NCBI GenBank assembly: GCA_965637545.1
Contig: OZ281495.1
Coordinates: forward strand, 21,886,001-21,950,000
Direction: 5' to 3'
DNA: 64,000 nt
From: Phallusia mammillata
Taxonomy: Eukaryota
Shown: positions 60,709-64,000 of the stretch, one piece after another
How the letters are laid out: each line of letters opens with the position of its first letter
Numbering within the stretch: position 1 is the stretch's first letter
Program-made: the position numbers and the translations under genes
The notes under the pieces: model-generated
Seen by the model: the letters and a program-made list of their open reading frames with translations, nothing else
Told to the model about the DNA's origin: nothing
Databases searched by the model: none

Positions 60709-63089
60709 TGTACACGTGTTGTGTTTGGGTAGAACAAGTAACCGATTTGTAAATATTGCAAGACAGAAAAAATAAGAGATAATTTTCCACAAAATTGCAT
60801 CTTTAACAACACCTTATTTATTAAGAAACGAATATGTCAAAAGAGCTAGCTGTCTGCTGTGTGAGTTTGTCACTAGCAACTGACAAATTGTGGATTCACG
60901 AGAGACAACGTTACTTGAAATACCATGAGAAGTTATGCCTTCAAGTCTGAACATATCCGACAATGAAAGGCCCCCAAAACATGAACATGTATAATGAAGT
61001 AGGATTAAACATTAGTAAAAGTCGGAGAGTCGAGACAAAATGATTTGAGACACGTCGGCGCATAATGCGTGCTGTGGTCACATATAAATGTTTGGGTCAG
61101 TGACGTCGTTATTTAACCTATGACTCCGAGGTCAGTTGTGCTTTGACACTAAACCGAACGTTTCTACTAAACAGCGTCAAGCTGCTACTCACGCAATGTG
61201 ACTGACACCGACCGCATATCTTCACCTCGAGCGCTTGTGTCGTTCTCCTGACAAGCTCGACGAAGATTGATGACCTGAATGCTTGATTGACGCATTGTTG
61301 GTTTGCCTGAAACTTGGTTTGGAGAATATTAATATGTGTGGAAAAAGTTGTTAGCCATGAAGGCTTAATAGTGGAGAAATATTACCTTGAAAAAATATAC
61401 CTACATCGTAAACCAAAATTACAATCACGAAACTTTCAAGAAGGAAAATGTGTAATAAAGGCCGTACCTAGTCTCTGGATATTCGAAAGTTATGTTGTTT
61501 AAAAGCTTTCTAGACTCCTGATGCAGACTTGATTTAGCCACCAGACCTGTCGATCAAATCAGATTCCAAACATCGGGAGCTCTTTCGATTTGCGGGCTGG
61601 AAAGAAAAACACAGCGGACACAGTTAATTAAGGAATATAAGCTTGTCTGGACTCCGAAATATCTCTTTAGAAATCAACAAGCGTGTGCATTAGTCTCGTT
61701 CCAATACCCTTCATCAAGATGCCTTACCACGATTAGGACCTCCGTTTCGTTTATCACCGGTATGACGTAGTTGATCACATATTTTGGTTGAGGATTAGCC
61801 AATTACGTCCGTGGGGGCAGGGCGCCGGCATTTTCTTTCATCTTTTTTATCATGTTGATGATTTTTGTTGCGCAATTTATGTCTGGCACGGTATAGGTCG
61901 CAAAAAGTTTCCTCGCCAGCCAAAGGTGTAGCTCCTCAGCGTCTCCATGACTGAAATTTGTTCCGCTTTGCACAATCATCAGTCAAACAACAAAACAATG
62001 ACAAAATGTTATCATGTTACAAATAAGAAATTTGCAATGATGATTTGACTTTAAAAAACTCGACCGCATTGTTTGCATACCATGAGCTCGCGCGAAGGGC
62101 GATCCGGTTAGTGACCGGGAGCTGGAATTATTATACCAAGTCTTTCTGTTCTTCGAACAGCAAGGGAAGTTGTTGTTTTCGTTTATGCGCTCATACCAAG
62201 AAAGTCATTGGACGAAATCCGTGCTGTGAACGCCATTCACTTTCGAATACTCTTTTAATTGTGTAAATACTCTTTTAACATTTTATAGTTTTTGTAGGAT
62301 ATTTTCTATATTTTTTATGTGCGCTTTATATATAATTTTGCTGTTTTATTTTGAAATGATGGCGTGCGACAAACACAGAATAAAGAACTGTTGGCATTGT
62401 GTTGTTGAACTATGGGCACAATCTTGACCCAAGAAAATCGCTTTCAACGGAGCGACCAATTTTGTGAAGATTTTCAAACGGCAAGGCGCCAAACAAATAA
62501 GCAAGTAAACAGGGTTTGTTGTTTCTGTTACGTACATGGCGGAAAATTGTCACAGTAACATTGCTGTGTCATTTCACCACAACAAACTAGTATCTTGGTG
62601 TCCAAAGTTCGCAGGTTTCAACATGCCTGTGTAGTATAGTTTCTGGCAAAAAAGCCCTCAAAAATTAACAGGAAAACTGCCAACGCAAGTGAACAAAAAT
62701 AAGTTTTATATTTCAGCTTTCAATAATGTATTAGTTTTTTTCAGCTGAAACAACTTATCACTGGGGATGTCATTCTTAGTACCGCATGCTTTATTTCCCA
62801 TTTAATTTTGACGCGCCACGCAACTTTAGGCAAAATAGTAAGTGATTTAATACAAAAGTTGTAGAAGCACACAGAATAAAAAAAAGTTTCTTGTTTCACA
62901 TCGGCTTAACCTACATGTTTCCGATCACACAACAGTCACCATTTTTTACTGTTGTAGAAGCATTTACCTAAAAATTATATTTACTATTTTTTTCTTTGTT
63001 GGCCCATGTTTTTAATGTGTCAAACATTTTTTGGTCTTTGAATCATTCCACTGTCATCTTCACCCAAGGGAGAAAATCATATCAGCAAA

Positions 63090-63235
63090 CAGGTTTTTTT
63101 TAAGGTTTGGTTTGGGTGACCGCTAAGTAGTTTTAAGAGACCGCAAGTGTTTCATTTAAATACCCAAAAATAGACATATTTGCTTATTTGGGAAACCGCT
63201 GGAGAAATTTCCAAAACACCTTAAAAAAAACACTG
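63090..63235. mobile_element. hAT-type MITE, shorter inverted copy of the 12612-12804 element
   Basis: CAGGTTTTTTTTAAGG / CCTTAAAAAAAACACTG; perfect TSD TCAGCAAA; interior is the reverse complement of the 12.6-kb copy with deletions. Confidence 0.88.
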
Positions 63236-64000
63236 TCAGCAAACAAAACAAACTTGACAATATTTTTAACAATATCAAAGCAATTAAATTCACGGTTTTG
63301 GCATCAAGTGAAGGTAGGTGTCAAATTCAAGCACATTATTGTTTTTTTTTATGTTTGCAAGAAACTTAAAACTTTTTTAGTGATTGTCCAAATTACCTAA
63401 TCATTTGCTGCTGATTGATGGGTTTTTCAGTAATGATTCGTTGTTATGTCGAATGTTGTTTTTTCTAACTCAAGTCCTGTAAATAATAAAATCAATATAG
63501 GTTGTTTTTATAATTAAAACTATGTTTCTTCAGTCAATTTAAAGTTTCTAGAAATTTATTTTTATTAAATTACTTTCTCAGCGAGTATACAGTATACATG
63601 TTATACATCTGCCTCGGGTGTTTCCATGTTTCATCAATATTTGATGTGGCAAGAAACTCTGTTCTCACGCAGAAAGATTTAAAATTCGCAATTATTGAAA
63701 AAACGTCAGACCATGACGTTTGAATTCGTAGCGAAATTTTTTTACCTAGTTTATTACGCAGAATGTCATGTCATAAAGGTCAATGGATTCAAGTTACGCA
63801 AAAACAACGTACACCGACGTAAAGTTTTGGTATTTTGGGCTTTAAACTAATCATAATACCTTCTTTCATTATACCGATAGCAAGAAGATACTGCGTACAA
63901 AGTGATAACAGCAATGTATTGGACAATAATATGAGTAGCGCGGGCAATTGACTACTATATTAGGTACCATTTGCGTCAGGTGCTTAGCGGAGAAAGAGCG

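Noticed and set aside
60292-60792. 166-aa minus-strand ORF
   Set aside because: No recognisable domain and runs through the palindrome; likely chance

Overview
AT-rich animal DNA with short GT-AG introns. Gene density, intron size and likely trans-splice acceptors suggest a compact invertebrate chordate such as an ascidian (inference only). Exons were assembled by hand, and most short ORFs in the track are exon fragments or noise. Seven protein-coding genes are supported. Two are tandem 24-exon paralogs (+, 5313-11710 and 12037-20166) encoding a full ADAM ectodomain (signal, pro, furin site, M12B protease with HExxHxxGxxH, disintegrin, Cys-rich, EGF) fused to a complete zona pellucida (ZP-N/ZP-C) module. 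Both end in a furin site and external hydrophobic patch with no membrane anchor. This secreted ADAM-ZP architecture is the standout candidate novel system. The others are a secreted YHYH-domain protein with a Gly/Arg/Pro tail (-), a peroxisomal 2-hydroxyacid oxidase (-), intronless ZNHIT2 (+), DDX24 (+, possibly in an operon with ZNHIT2), and a long type I membrane protein built from about four IL-1-receptor-like Ig triplets without a TIR domain (-). Introns and intergenic DNA carry many non-autonomous hAT elements with 8-bp TSDs, a TA-flanked MITE, a tRNA-derived SINE, a degenerate tandem repeat and a perfect 74-bp palindrome.
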